A stretch of 63,706 bases of DNA, the filler included, from Reticulomyxa filosa (taxonomy: Eukaryota > Protista > Foraminifera): NCBI GenBank assembly GCA_000512085.1. It is 29 parts of 29 records of this genome, joined end to end, with 100 filler letters (N's around TTAATTAATTAA, not from the genome) between each part and the next. Parts side by side here need not be neighbours in the genome. Positions count along the whole stretch, not along the records: positions 62,447 to 63,706 come from ASPP01041407.1; 28 more parts are not named here. One strand, written 5' to 3'. The notes beneath the pieces are model-generated. The model saw nothing but the letters and a program-made list of their open reading frames with translations. It was not told the DNA's origin and made no database searches. A program made the translations under genes and the position numbers. Shown piece after piece: positions 62,447 through 63,706 of this stretch; positions within the stretch are counted from its first letter, which is position 1; every line of letters begins with the position of its first letter.

Positions 62447-63706
62447 TTCAAATTGTACAAAACCACAATTTTTCCCATTTCCATACAGTTAATGATCTTT
62501 TGTAAATGATCATAATTGGTCATTGTAGTGTGTCAGCTGCAAATTTTCTTTCAAACAAATAGACAGTGTTGGTATATTGCAATACATTATGATCTAGTAG
62601 CATTTGCCATGAACTTGGTGTTTTGCAAATCAACATGCAATGTCTACAATCAAAATCTTTTAAATTTAATTCCACACACTTCATTGGCGTATATTTATTC
62701 ATAAAAAACAAAATTTCATTCTTGGGTATTCTTTTTACACGTGCAAGCGCGGCTCTTAAGGCTTTTTGAAATCTCCTTTCTTTGTATTCTTCCCAAGTTA
62801 CGCATAATGCCTTCAAAAAATTCTCCTTGTTTCTTGAATAAAAAATGATAAAAATAGAGCATAACAGTCCTTCCCAAAAGATTGTCTTTCCAGCAGAATT
62901 ATGCACTAGAACCTAGATAATCTCTTAATTGAAGAAACACTTGTACAAGTTGAGCGTCTATTTCTGGTGAGTATTCTTCAATGGCAAAAATACTTTTTTC
63001 CTAATATCTTCTAACTCTTTTGAATTCGGATTTGGAAATGCATTACTACGCGATTCATTTTGGACGCATCCAAGGGTCAATTTGGTAATCTCACAAATGA
63101 AATGTCTGGATTTTTTAATAAGTGATGCAATATTTTTAATGAAGAATGAGAAGGTTTCATCATAGTGTTCAGTAGTAGTATAAGTATTAGCAAACCAAAT
63201 AAATATTTTAAGACATCTTTCAATATCTCGTAAAGATACCACAGCTCTATCTTGTAATTTTCTACAAACAAAATCTTGAGATTTACAAATTTGTTCAGTA
63301 ATACCATTTACTTCTTTGTCAAATATTTCATGAATATTTTAATGTAAATGTTGTTTTTCCAATTTTTTGTCATTTCCAAAATATATTGTTGTTCATCCAA
63401 ATTGGATAAGGATCCAAACTGCCAAATATGAAATTTCACTGTTTCACTCAATGAAAAACACAATATACAAATATGCTCAATTTATCATCTCGGAGCCATC
63501 CAATATCTGGTGATGTATTAAATTCATCTAAAAATAGCCATACGTCTTTGGATTTAGTTTTTTTATCCATGTTTTCTTTTGAATCTGTAATATCAAAACC
63601 ATCATTACCATTAATTTCTATCAATTTTTCTTCGCATTCCTCAATTGCTTGAAGAGTATGAATTCTTTCAAATCCTCCATGAATTTCCACTGCTATTAAT
63701 TCAACA
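62447..63706 (-). pseudogene. RNF213/mysterin-like AAA+ ATPase relic with stops, frameshifts and internal deletions
   Basis: Ordered segments VEIHGG, VWLFLDEFNTS (Walker B), FVYCVFH*..IWQFGSL..EQQYI, VSLRDIERCLKIFIWF, CRHCMLI and KIINCMEMGKIVVL follow the RNF213 AAA core (VHGG, FFDEANT, LVYRV..VWDFGQL, VSLRDVERC, CMETGKMVLL). Confidence 0.78.

Overview
This is not one locus. It is an artificial concatenation of 29 short contigs joined by 28 identical 100-nt linkers (44 N + TTAATTAATTAA + 44 N), so adjacency across a linker means nothing. Twenty-six contigs come from an AT-rich, intron-rich, microsatellite-laden protist. The expanded kelch, WD40, TRAF-like and caspase-like families and many gene relics point to the foraminiferan Reticulomyxa filosa or a relative (inference). 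Three contigs (1505-2543, 44282-45329, 50953-52552) are GC-rich bacterial DNA. Recognisable eukaryotic genes: tryptophan 2,3-dioxygenase, a ricin-B lectin, a LARGE/GT49-like glycosyltransferase, cytosolic Hsp90, NOT3, a CDC123/R2K-like ATP-grasp protein, an OTUD5-like deubiquitinase, MFSD5, PPR, GNAT, a metallophosphoesterase, a beta-adaptin-like protein and an RNF213-like relic. Bacterial genes: PPOX-family flavoprotein, MCP, dimethylformamidase large subunit, LMW-PTP and CobB. Best candidate for a new system: one spliced gene (56034-53594, minus strand) joining a degenerate Ras-like domain, two WxKWW modules and a PB1-like segment to a caspase-like protease with an intact His/Cys dyad; the ORF track shows it only as scattered fragments. 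Also notable: introns that are U-rich at the 5' end and A-rich at the 3' end, including one whose complementary microsatellites can form a 24-bp stem bridging the splice sites; a dispersed TA-CAGT MITE family; and a metallophosphoesterase with rearranged metal ligands. All family calls come from motifs read by eye; no searches were run.
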